From the NCBI GenBank assembly GCA_013265495.1, contig MU058714.1, positions 186,001-250,000 of the forward strand: DNA of 64,000 nucleotides, in the 5' to 3' direction. Source of the DNA: Vicugna vicugna. Lineage: Eukaryota. Position 1 is the first letter of the stretch. Every line of letters starts with the position of its first letter. Below the pieces are notes generated by a model that did not search any database, had not been told where the DNA came from, and was given only the letters and a program-made list of their open reading frames with translations. The position numbers were made by a program, and so were the translations under genes. This document shows positions 1 to 11,120 of this stretch, in pieces.

Positions 1-2344
1 ACACCGCCGTGAGAACAGGAGGGAGACCTGTCGTTCTTTCCCCAGGACACGCACCCTGATCCACCTCCCATTATCCAACCCAGCCTCACTGCTGAGATCT
101 CAGTTCCCTTTCCTGTGTGTTCTCAGCTGCCCTGTGTCCTCGCTGCACTGGTCCAGGTGCCCAAACCCCACTATAGCCAAGAGTCCATCTGGTTCCGCGT
201 CCGGGCTCACACACGCTCACCTCTCACTCACTCGGCGTCTGCACCATCTCTGGAGGGTCTTAGTGGGTGTGGAAGGCTCCCCTTTGATTACTCCTATATA
301 GCTAGCTGTGTGTGCACATGTGTGCACACTGCGTGCAGAACCATCACGTGGCGACTTAGATAAATCCCAGATATGTCGGATACAGTTCACAGATATGCAT
401 AACAACAAATTTAAAGTAAAGCAAATCATTTCCGAGAGGCGCCGGGTGGGTCCAGGAGGGTCAGAGCTGCGGGCTGGGTCTCAGGAGCTCTCATCCCCCT
501 GGATCTACACTCCCACCCGTCACCACAGCTGGGCCATGAGCGTGCGAGCCCATCACAGACAGTTCTCAGGACGGCAGGGAAGAGCCTGCAGCCCAGGCTG
601 CTCTCTCACCAAAACCAAGAGATCGGGTTCCTCAGCCCTGGAAGGGCGTGTTTATGGAGGCCCTGCTGCGTGTTTCTCAGCCTTCCCCTTCCAGCCGCAC
701 AGAGGGACAAGCAGACCCCCTCAGGTGCAATGTCGTCCCCGAGGTCTACAGCTGCAGCCCTCCACCCAGCCCCCCAAGAGCAAGCAAGAGGGGTGACTGC
801 TGGACTGTCTGCACACGTGCACCGAGAGCAGAGCATCCCTGGTTCCCTCCCACCTGCAGGCGCTCCCAGCCACCCCGTCCTCACAGTTATGTCCACTATG
901 TGGCGGGCATCCCGCTCGGGGCTGCAGCTGGGCGCTGGGCACTGCCCTCCCACCAGGGAGGCCCTGACAGGCAGACCGTTGTCCAATGGAGGACGGCGCA
1001 GAAGGACGGCAGAGCAGAAGGAGCACCCCCGCCGCCCAGAGGCTCAGAGGTTATCACTCCTTTTACCTTTTCTACTAAAAATGTGCCGACTGGGGGAGGG
1101 GACCAGGGGAGGATCAGGCATGGGAGCCCTGGGAGAAAGTCCCCAGACAAGCTCTCTCTTCCCTCCTCTCCTCGGGAAGGGGGTCCACCTGCCAAAGCAA
1201 ACCCGGGGCACAGGCAGGAAACGTGTGCACTGCATTCTCAGAGAACCCTCACGCGGAGGGAAAGAAAGGACGTCCTTTTTATTCCAGTCCAGCAGCTGCT
1301 TGCCCAGCACCGGCTGCATGTCGGAGGCCAACAGAGGAAGGCAGAGGAGAAACGGGACAGGAGGCCCCAGGAGGCCCGGGGCGTGGAGGTGTCCACCACG
1401 GCACCCCCGCCCCCCCAGAACAGAACAGAACGCTCGCACGTGCGGATCCCGGCGCCACCGCGCCCTGACCTGCGGTGAAAGACCTGGTCTCCCGCCCTCC
1501 CCTTGCCTGATGGGTCATTCGTGGGGGCCCTGCCGTGGGCGGGCTGCCTCCCCGCGACCCTGGAGGAAAACCAGCTTCCCTCCTCGCTCACTTTGGTCTG
1601 AACGGCCTGGAGCAACGCAGGCCATTCCTTTGCCTGTGCTCAGATCTTACAGAAAAATCAAATTCCCAGGCAGAGCCTCACGCAGGGCTGGCGGCCGCTG
1701 CCTGCAAACGAGGCGCATGGTGGAGCGGGCCGCACCTGCTGTAAAGGAGCAGGGGCAGCCCGGGGTGCTCCCAGCTCCAGCCGGGCCCCAGAGCAGGGGT
1801 TGTTCCAGAGGCCACCACGGATGCAGCCAGAGCGCTGAGTCCTGGGCCCGAGGCTGCTGGCTTCTGGGCACCCTCATGTCCGCCCTCACCCACTGCTCCC
1901 TGCTTCTCTCTCCCACGCTCTCCCAGAGAGGAAGGACCAGCTTGCATTTGTGATGCCTGCAGCTCAGAAGTCCAAGCAGGCATCCTGCCGGGTGGGGTGG
2001 GGGAAGGCGGCGGCAGCTCCCGTCCCTCTCCCAAGGGCTGGCACAGCCCCTTGACACGGCTCTGTCACCGCCCCCAGAGCCATGGGTGTGTCCAGGATGG
2101 TGGTACAGACCATCCGGAAGAAATGCGTGCGCTAAGCAGCGCCAGCTAGGGGAGAAGAGGCTTGCTCGGGTCTGGCCCCCGCCCCCACCCCCCTCCAGGG
2201 CTCGTGTGGCCCCCGGCAAGCCCTTTCAGCTCCCTGGGCCTCCATCCTCCTCTGAGTAGTAGGGGACACCCAGCCTCCTCACCATGACACCCCATTAAGC
2301 TGAAGAACAGCCCATCCACATCTGCAGCTTTCGTATGTGTCTGG

Positions 2345-2420
2345 GCATCTCTTCACGCCCAGCAGCTACGTCAGGGCTTGGCATGCAGTAGGTGCTCGAT
2401 AAATATTTGTGAAATGAATA
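2345..2420 (+). mobile_element. L2 LINE 3' end fragment
   Basis: GGCTTGGCATGCAGTAGGTGCTCGATAAATATTTGTGAAATGAAT resembles the L2 terminus (gcctggcacatagtaggcgctcaataaatatttgttgaatgaat). Confidence 0.7.
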
Positions 2421-2594
2421 CAGGAATGCCTCCCTGTGGCACTTCATCTCACCCTCATGAAAAGCCGAGGAGCTAGCAGGAGCCCTCACCAGCCTGCAGG
2501 GGACAATCAGCACCGCTGCGGGAGCGCTGCGACCGACCGTGGGAGCTGTCCGTCTGCATTCTCTCATCCCTCCCTCTCCTCTGGCCGTGAGGAG

Positions 2595-2710
2595 CTACGA
2601 TTATCACCACTACTCTGCAGATGGAGAAACTGAGGCTCAGAGAGGGGGGAGCACTGCCCGAGGTTCCCTTGGCCCCAGATCAGAACAGACACCAATTCGA
2701 ACCAGGCCAG
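2595..2710 (-). mobile_element. MIR SINE core fragment
   Basis: CAGATGGAGAAACTGAGGCTCAGAGAGG is the reverse complement of the MIR core. Confidence 0.7.
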
Positions 2711-3571
2711 CCTGCATCTGCCCTCCACGAGGGCCAAGGAAAGGCAGCTGGTAGACAACAGAAAACAAAGCCTGGGTTTTCACCAGGTCCCTGGGCTCCA
2801 CCCGGCAGAGCTCACCTTATCTACAAAGCCGTAAGGGCGGCCCTGGGATGACACACGAGGTCGGAGGGGCTCAACCCGAGGTGGGAGCCTTCATCGCAGA
2901 AGCACAGCCTTCAAGCTGACTCCCACCCACGTCTCCAGGGCTGCGGGGGTCCCGCACGGCCCCCAGGAAAGAGCAGGTAGCTCCCCTCTTTCCGCTGGAG
3001 ACAGGCTCATCAGAAGTTACAGCCAACTGCAGCTCCGAGGCAGGCGGAGCCCAGCTTTCTGTGGAGACTGGAGAAAGACCTGACGCCAGCGTCAGCTTAA
3101 CCAGAAGGCTCTTCAACGGGATCACGGCAATGGCTTGTGTCGTGTCGAGACGGGGCGGTGACCCCGGCCTCCAACCCAGAGGGAGGAGTTAGGGGCACCC
3201 CAGGGAGATGACAAGGACTTGGCAGAGCAGGCCTGGCCTGAGATTTTCCTGTGGCGCAGGAGGATGGGACACCCCCTCCCCGGAGATGGCGAGACAGAGA
3301 AAGGAAAGAGGAAGCCAGGTCCTGCTCCCACTTTGCATCCCTGTCCCTCAGGAAGGAGGGGAAAGGAGAGAGGAGGACACGAATATTCCTTCTCCATGTG
3401 GCCCAGTATCACAGCTGAGAGGGCCCCACAGCTGTGGGCACAAGCCTCTGCCTGGCAGAGCTAACTTTAAAATAAGAAGAGTTGAATCATCACAAAAAAT
3501 AAAAATTCTCTGGGCTCAGAGACATGACAGATGAAGCAGTTTACCTAAAAAGCCCCAGTGTTCTGGGAAGA

Positions 3572-3592
3572 ACACACACACACACACACACA
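3572..3592. repeat. (CA)n microsatellite, ~10 units
   Basis: Read directly. Confidence 0.95.
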
Positions 3593-4396
3593 CCCCGAAA
3601 CCGTGGAAAACCAGCCTCCAGGGCCGAATGCCGGCATGCCCACTGTGCCTTCTGGGCACCCACCAAGAGCTCCTGTGCCTCCCTCCACTTGAATCAATCC
3701 TTCGTCTTTATCTTCTGGGGTCTATACAAGGAAAAGTCTACACCAGAAAAACGGTCAGAAATAGGCCTCCCCCAGCCAGGGCCCAGTCAGGCTTATGAAC
3801 CTGAACACAGTCCACACGTGACAGGCCCGGCCAGGGGGCATGGGGCAAACAGGCCCGGATCAGGAAAACAAGAGGGTCAGAGCCCAGGAGCATCACCATG
3901 AAAGTCTGAACAGCAGGACAAACTCTCATTAAGAGAGTCTACTTCATGGGGCCAGGCCTCTTCCACAGGAGTCAGCTCGTACACCAGCTGGGAAGGGGGG
4001 CCTAACAGCGTTGAGTGGATACAGTGCAAGTAAAGCTAAACTCAAAGAGTAAAACAGGGTCCCGGAGATGAGGGGAGAAAGTTCCAGATGCAAGCCCACA
4101 CGCTCACGGCAGGGAAACCTGGCACACCCACGTCCAGCACCCAGCCTGGGGCTGAGGACCTGTAGGGCTTTCCTGCCATGATCTACCCGATAAACACTTA
4201 CTGAGGTAGCACTCCACGCCAGCGCCATTTGTGGGGTGACTGAGTAGCTACGTGGATGGATGGACCCACGGGGGGACAGGTGGATGGTGCTCTATTGATA
4301 GAAAGGGAAGCAAATGGGGCTCAGAATCCAGAGCACTGAAAACACAATTCTGCAATTCAAAACTTCTCAAAATCTAGCACCTGGCACATTCTGTAT

Positions 4397-4577
4397 CAGT
4401 GCTGCCCATAAGAACTTTCAGGGATGACGGAAATACTCTACCTTCGCCTTCCAATATGGTAGCCGCTAGCCACATGTGGCTACTGAGCACTTGCAATGGG
4501 GCCAGTGCAACAACTGAATGCTTAGCTTTATTTAAATGGTCACATGCAGCTTGTGGCTACTGTACCGGAAAGCACTG
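4397..4577. mobile_element. MER3-like non-autonomous hAT-Charlie DNA transposon
   Basis: Terminal inverted repeat CAGTGCT (4397-4403) / AGCACTG (4571-4577). Internal ATGGTAGCCGCTAGCCACATGTGGCTACTGAGCACTTG is typical of MER3/MER33. Confidence 0.8.
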
Positions 4578-4749
4578 CTCTCGAGTTTCCCAGCACACCT
4601 GTGCACATGCTGATCCTCCCTGGGAGGCTGTCTGGAATATGGGCTGCCTAAGGGCAGTCGGGAATGGTAGCTTTTGAGAAACTGATACCAACGTGAGCAG
4701 GACAACTCCATTTTCCTCCAGCCCCTGATTTCTGCTGAATTAGACAGGA

Positions 4750-4872
4750 ACTTTAATGTCCATACAAAGCACACAAAAATCTTGTTAAAAAGCAGATTCT
4801 GAAATTCAGCAGGTCTAGGGTGGGTCTCAGACGTCTGTACTTATATCGGCTCCTTCAATGATGCTAATGATG
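4750..4872. mobile_element. MER5-like hAT DNA transposon fragment
   Basis: CTTGTTAAAAAGCAGATTCTGAAATTCAGCAGGTCTAGGGTGGG...TGATGCTAATG resembles MER5A/B. Confidence 0.65.
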
Positions 4873-4889
4873 ATTATCTTACTGTTGAC

Positions 4890-6120
4890 TGGAGGAGCTT
4901 TCCATTGATTTGCTTAGATTTTCCCAGCATACAGTCGTATCATCCATAAAAGACTAATACTTTTATTCCCTATTTTCCAGTGTTCACTCTTTTCGTTTCT
5001 TTCTCATGTCTGATTGCATTGGCTGAGGCTCCTGCTACAATCTGGAACAGCAGTAGTGATAGCAGGCATCCTGGCTTTGATCTTACTTTAGTGTCTCCAC
5101 ATTAAGAAAAAGAATGGATTTTGGACATGATTACATATAGTCACGTGAAGGAAGTGTCTATCAATTCCTATTTGTATTGATTGTTTATCAAGAATGGATA
5201 TTGACTTTTGTCAGGTGCCTTTCCAGGATCAAAAAAGATAACCATGTGATAATTCTTTTTATATTGACTAATACAATGGATTATATAAATAGATCTCTTA
5301 ATATTGAACCATTCTTGCATTCCTGGAGTAAACTCCAAATGAACATAGGGTATTAATATTTTAACATAATGCTTGAATCCTATTTCCTAAAATTGTATTT
5401 AAAATTTTGCAACAATATTCATCAGTGAGACTGGCCTATAGTTTTATTTTTGTACAATCTTTGTCAGATGAAAAAACATTATCATTCTCTCTTTATGAAA
5501 ATTATGTAGATGTTTTTCTGCTTTTCTTTTGCTGTGCAACAGTTTAATTAGCATTGGAAGTACCTGCTCTTTAAAGGCTTGCTTTCAATTCCCCCACAGA
5601 ACCATCCGGATCGCCTTTGTGTGGGAGTCGCTTAAAAACTTTCTATCTTCCATGCAAATAGGTCAGCTTTTTTTGTTTGTTTGTTTGTTTGGTGAGCGGT
5701 GATAATTAGGTTTATTTATTTATTTTTAGAGGAGGTCCTGGGGATTGAACCCAAGACTTCATGCATGCTAAGCATGCGCTCTACCACTGAGCTACACCCT
5801 CCCCCAAATTGGTCAGTTTCAGCAAATTATACTTCTCCCTTATTTTTTATGTTGTGTATCTTATGCCTTCTTCCTTTTCACCTTGATTGTGCTAGCTAGT
5901 GGTTCAGCTATCCACTTTAAAAAAAAAAACAGCTTTTTCTTTATCCCACTTTCTGTTTCATGGCTCACGATCTACTGACTGCATTAATGGCTTCTTTCTG
6001 CCTTCCTTTAGTTTATGATTCCTTTGTCCTTTTCCTAACTGTTTGAACAGTATACTTAATTCATTTTTCATTCTCTCTCTTCAAAACTGACTGAGTTTTT
6101 AAGGCTATGAATTTTCTCTA
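4890..6120 (-). mobile_element. Old, decayed L1 (L1M-type) ORF2-region fragment, interrupted by a SINE
   Basis: T-rich tract with antisense-L1 hallmarks (TCTGATTGCATTGGCTGAG, GTAGTGATAGCAGGCATCC, TTGAACCATTCTTGCATTCCTGGAGTAAACTCC). No open frame. Confidence 0.75.
5668..5804 (-). mobile_element. tRNA-Ala-derived SINE, camelid Vic-1 type, with target-site duplication
   Basis: Minus strand reads GGGGAGGGTGTAGCTCAGTGGTAGAGCGCATGCTTAGCATGCATGAAGTCTTGGGTTCAATCCCCAGGACC (A box, AGC anticodon loop, B box), then an A-rich tail. Flanked by CAAATAGGTCAG (5655-5666) and CAAATTGGTCAG (5805-5816). Confidence 0.9.
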
Positions 6121-6374
6121 CCCCTCTCACCCTCACGCCCACCAGACACAGCTAGTTCTTTACTTGTGGGGGCTTCATGCACCCTCTGGGAGCCCGACCC
6201 TCCATGCCGGGCTTGCTGACAGTGAGCCTCCCCCCTGGACTGAGCTGCTCAGAGCCAGAGTCCTTCTCAGCACTGGACGTCTAGCACCCAACAGTGTCTG
6301 ACACGCGGAAGGTCGTCAGTGAATGCTGCGGAAAACATAGTGGTGAGTAATTTCATTGTGATAACTGTCAAACC

Positions 6375-6560
6375 CACATTTGAGCATCTATTCAATGCCA
6401 GGCACGGTGCTAGGTGCCTGATGGACACCAGTTTCTCTCATCCTCATCCAACCCATGAGGTGAGTTTTGTCCTCCCCCTTTCACAGGGCAAGAACCACGG
6501 CTCTGAGCAGTCAAGGACTTCCCCAGGTCACATCACTACGGACGGACAGAACTCAGCCTC
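6375..6560 (-). mobile_element. MIR SINE
   Basis: TTGAGCATCTATTCAATGCCAGGCACGGTGCTAGGTGC...ATCCTCATCCAACCCATGAGGT...GACTTCCCCAGGTCACA. Confidence 0.65.
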
Positions 6561-6689
6561 GTGAACCCAAAGCAAAGCTTGTGCCCATAACCAAGTGCTG
6601 ATCACAAAAAGCAAAGGACACCAGCCTGCATGGAGCAGAGAGCGCCCACATGGCACTGCAGGTGGAGCGCAGGCCTGGGTCTGATCCAG

Positions 6690-6848
6690 GGCGACTCAGG
6701 GCAAATAACTGAACTTCTCTGTGCCTCGGCTGTTTCATCTCTAAAATGGAAAGAAATACCCATACCCCCACAGGACTGCTGTAAAAACACATGAGATGGC
6801 AGAAATAAACACCCAGCGCTGGTCCTGCCTGTGGTAGCACTCAGAAGC
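6690..6848 (+). mobile_element. MIR SINE
   Basis: GGGCAAATAACTGAACTTCTCTGTGCCTCGGCTGTTTCATCTCTAAAATGG matches the MIR core. Confidence 0.7.
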
Positions 6849-6849
6849 T

Positions 6850-7000
6850 GCTGGTGGTGACGGCGACGGCAGCAATGACGGCGGTGATGGGGGTGGGGGT
6901 GACGGTGATAGTCATGGTGCTGGTGCTGATAACATGATTGTGACGGTAGTGGTAGCGGGGTGATGAGACGACGTCACAGTGGTGATGGTGATGACAGTGA
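6850..7000. repeat. Degenerate (GGT/GAC/GAT)n trinucleotide tract
   Basis: GGTGGTGACGGCGACGGC...GGTGATGGTGATGAC read directly, abutting the MIR tail. Confidence 0.7.
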
Positions 7001-9664
7001 CCCCAGTGGCATCATCCAGAATGCCAGTCACCACAATGCCATCAAACTGACCATCGTACAGAGAAAACAGGCCCCAATGGGAAGACAAATAACTGCCCAC
7101 AGAGTTGGAGGAATAGAAAATTATAAACTTTCGGAGCAGAAAAGGATTCTTAAGACCATGCACAACCACACCGTCTCACAGGTGGGGAGAGCAAGGACCA
7201 GAGTCGGGAAAGCGGTTCATCCAAGGTCTCATACCTGCTCGTGGCCAGGCGGAGGCCAGACCTGGCTCTTCTGGTCCGGGCTCATTCCCTTCCATTTGGT
7301 GCAGGGAGGAGGCAGGAGTCACCCCACGTGGCTTCACGGAGCACTGCTCTCAGGGCCCCAGAGGGGAGGTGGGACGTGAAGTGGGCGGGAGGGGGCGTGG
7401 CACGGCGGCCCAACGTAGGGCCCGTGGGAGGACGCAGGGACAGCACCAGATGAGCTCAGCAGAAATGAGCGACAGGAGTAGGAGTTGTGAACAAACACAT
7501 CCAGAGCGGGTGGAGAGAGGAAATTAAGTATACAAATTAGGGATGATATGAAATTAATGGCTACTTAAAAAACGCATGCTAATTTAACATCTCTGTAAGC
7601 ATGAGAAAATATGAACTAGAAAGAAAAGACTGGCAAAATATTTACTGACAAAAGGCAAAATAAGAAAATGTTTGAAAAGCATGTAGCACATAAATAAACG
7701 CCTTGAGGTGACAATTCCCCAGGAAGTCGGCTTCCTCCTGCAGGCAGAGAGTCAACCAGAGAGGCCGGGCGGTGGAGGGGGCAGGCCCGCGGCCTTCCAC
7801 CTCAGGCTGCCGTGCATGGCGGGCTCACCGTGTGCCAAGCCCGGAGCCGAGGTTTTCCACGCTCGTCTCCTTCATCCTCGGAGCGCCCACCTAGGAAACG
7901 AGGACCGGAGACTGGCGTTCGGACCTGGGCGGTGTGGCCCCAACGCCCAAAATCTTAGCCGCTGTGTGGTCTGGTCTCCCCTTCCCAGTGCTAAGCGAAT
8001 GCTGGACGGGGCCACCCTCCAAACGCTGAGAAGACAGTAGTCTGGCCACACGGGCCTCAGCCCCACCACATTCCTTAAGAGACAGCGCCTGAGGGGCTGT
8101 GGGAGCACAGAGGCCACCGGAGTGGGTCTCGGCCGCTGGCCACCAGCACGCTGTTGCACGCGCACCGCCACACGAGCGGCCACCAGTGAAGCATTTTCAA
8201 AGGAGTCTGAAGAAACTGTCTTTACGAGACTGGACTAGGTTGGCGCTGGTATAAATATAGTCACAGGACGAAGGGAAGGGTTTATGGTTTGCAAACCATA
8301 AACAAAGACTAAGGCAGAGGCTAGCTTACAGGGCGGAGGGTGCATCTCGCAGGAGGTCCCCTGGGCCACCGCAAGGCCCCAGTTTTATTTTAAGATCCAA
8401 GCTAACGATCTGGAAGACAGCAAACAGGTCAAGAGCAAGACGCCAGGGAGATGAGCGGCAGGTGGGCGGGTGCCGCGCTTGTGCGGGGGCCGGGCTGGGG
8501 GCAGAAATGCCCTGGAGTGAAGGTGAGTCGCTCCCAAGTACACTGAGACTCAGCTTGAAGAAGGACTGCGAGCGCTCAAGTCTAACGGAGAAGAAGAAAC
8601 AAAACGCCAGCCTGACACAGACACTGGCTGAGCAGAGGAAGCCCGGGAAGGCGGGACGGCCCACACCAGGTGGCCGAGGGGTCCCGTGCCAGAGAAGCTG
8701 GGTCAAAATGAGGGGGCGTGCTTTGTGTTTCAGCTGTTTGGGGAGGTCGTGTGGCTCAGGGACGTCCCTCATGGCCACACTCACCCCCAGAGGCCTTAGG
8801 AACAGAAGCAAGCGGACGAGCAGATTCAGGGACAGGAGAAGCAGCCTGTGCGCGAGAGCCCGTGAAGCACCTACCACTCACCTGCCGGGGCTGGCCGGGG
8901 GCGGGGGCCCTGTGCAAGGTCAGGAGGGTGGACACAGGCCGGGGCGGCAGGGCCGGATCGGGGGTGGGTTGATCCTAAGAGGAATCCGGCCAGGCCCAGC
9001 CGCCGACCCTCTGCCTGCCCGCGCCTGAGCCCAGACGCCGCAGTGGGAACGTGTCTGGAAGGCTGATTCGGCCGCCTGCACAGTGCTGGGCCTCCCTGCT
9101 CAGCCCGTTCGTTGCTTGGGAGGAAAACAAAGTCGTCAGCCCCAGACACATTTGGAAATTTACTGGAGCAGCCATTTCGTGCTGCCTTGTGGGGACTGGG
9201 TTAGTCATCCAGTTAACCACATCTTCCCACGGCCCCCCGAGTGTGGAGGCCGCGTGGGCCTGCTGGGAGCAGGGAAGAGGGCAGGACAAGAGGGGGCGCA
9301 CAGGCTGGGGCTGGGTCCCACACGGGAAGGCAGTGGGTGAGCAGGGGCACATGGGAGCAGCTGCAGGGGTGGGAAGGGGCACAGAGGGGCAGCTTCCGAG
9401 GGGCAGGGCCACTGAGGCCGAGAGACTGAGTCAGGCTCCACGCAGGCGCTCACCCTACGTGCAACTGGCCCCCACGCAGTGGGCACTTACTTGGCAGCAG
9501 AGGCAGAGCAGCTGGACTGCTCAGGGGCTTCTCACCATGAGATCCCAGGAGAACTGGCGAGGCTGGTCTCAGGCCTGGGAGCCAACAGTTTGCCCCGAGT
9601 CTCAAATGGGCAGCAGCACTCCGGTGACCTCTCCTCTGTAGCAAATTGTTTGTGTTCTTACTGG

Positions 9665-9780
9665 CAGTGACCTCCTTGAGGACAAGGAGTTTTGTCTGTT
9701 TTGTTTTTTTCACTGCTGTCACTCTGGTGCCTAAAATACTACCCAGCATGTATTAGGTGCCTAGTAATTATTTGTAGAGT
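9665..9780 (+). mobile_element. L2 LINE 3' end
   Basis: CTCCTTGAGGACAAGGAGTTTTGTCTGTTTTGTT...CACTGCTGT...GTGCCTAAAATACTACCCAGCATGTATTAGGTGCCTAGTAATTATTTGT. Confidence 0.75.
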
Positions 9781-10236
9781 GGATGGCTGGATGGCTGGAT
9801 GGGTAGATGCCAGATGGATGGAGGAGGGATGGGTGGATGGATGGATGGATGGATGGATACATGATGAATGGATGGGGGATGGACAGGTAGATGGTGAATG
9901 GTGGATGGGTGGATGGATGGGTAGATGGATGGATATATGATGAATGGATGGAGGATGGACGGGTAGATGGTGAATGGTGGATGGATGGATGGATGGGTAG
10001 ATGGATGGATATATGATGAATGGATGGAGGATGGATGGGTAGATGGTGAATGGTGGATGGATGGATGGATGGATGGATGGATAGGTGGATGGATAGATGG
10101 ATAGGTAGATGGATACATAATGGTGGATAGGGAATGGATAGGTGATGAGTGGATTGGAGGATGGATGGATGGAGGATGGATGGGTAGATGATGGATGGAT
10201 GGAGGATGGATAGGTGATGGGTGAATGGATGGATGG
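9780..10236. repeat. (GGAT)n-based compound microsatellite with a 76-bp higher-order repeat
   Basis: Read directly. ATGATGAATGG recurs at 9861, 9937 and 10013. Confidence 0.95.
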
Positions 10237-10944
10237 AGTGGCCCCACTGCTGCATCTTCAGCAATTCCTTGAATGTCAGCTCCCACGTGGCTGTGCCCTC
10301 ACCATCCCTCCCCATCCCAGCCCCAGGAGACCCAATGAAGAGGGGACTGGGGCTGAAAGAGTTGCTGGAGGAGCTCTGAGCCTAAGCAAAGCACAGGAAA
10401 TGTTGAAGAAGACCCAAGAGGCTAAGAAAGCCTTGCCCAGCTCTGGTGAGGATTAGATGAAAAATATACAGAGGTACTTTGTAAACTACAGAGCAGGGAA
10501 CGCGTGTGGGGTATTCATGCTTTATTTTCTACTCCGCAAAGAATGAGGCACCCTCCCTCTCGTCTGGTGGAATGCTTCAAACTGAAGCCACTTTCTTCCC
10601 ACTGTGACCCCAAGACATGGCCAGAACACTGTGAGTACATCACTGTGTTTACAAGGGACAGCAGGCAGCTAACGAGCAGCTACTGATCACCTGGCCCTGC
10701 TGTGTCAGGGGACAGCAAGTGACCGTAATGCATGGCGGCGGCTCATGCTCTATTAACACCAGTCTCCAGGTCTAAGATGCCAGCCAGTGCTGCGCACAGT
10801 AACATCAGCCCCGCCAGGGCCAGCCACGCCCGGCACACGAACTGCTCAGCTGTCTTCATTTGTGACATTGCCTCCTGCCCCCTCTCCTGCCGCTTTCCAT
10901 CCCCAATGGCATTGCCAACTCGCTGACTGCAGTGGGGTCTTCAC

Positions 10945-11120
10945 GGTGCTTAGACCCATGCTGAGGGCTTCACCTCATCAGCTCATTTTCTCCACCCAAT
11001 GACCCTGAGATGGAGGATGGCCAATCCCATTCCACAGATGGGTAAACTGAAGTGCACAGGGATTGGGTAACTCACCCAAGGCCACATATCTGACCGAAGA
11101 TGGAGCTGAGACTCGGATCA
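10945..11120 (-). mobile_element. MIR SINE
   Basis: CCCATTCCACAGATGGGTAAACTGAAGTGCACAGGGATTGGGTAACTCACCCAAGGCCACA. Confidence 0.75.

Noticed and set aside
670..1953. 427-aa plus-strand ORF with several overlapping long ORFs
   Set aside because: Starts at GTG, has the Pro/Gly/Arg/Ser-rich composition expected from GC-rich non-coding DNA, shows no recognisable domain, and is accompanied by long ORFs in several frames. A negative BLASTP/PhyloCSF result would confirm rejection.
5735..5804. tRNA-Ala(AGC) gene
   Set aside because: Followed by a SINE body and A-rich tail and flanked by a TSD, so it is a SINE head rather than a tRNA gene.
9761..10315. His/Pro/Ser/Ile-rich ORFs (184 and 172 aa)
   Set aside because: Translations of the (GGAT)n microsatellite.
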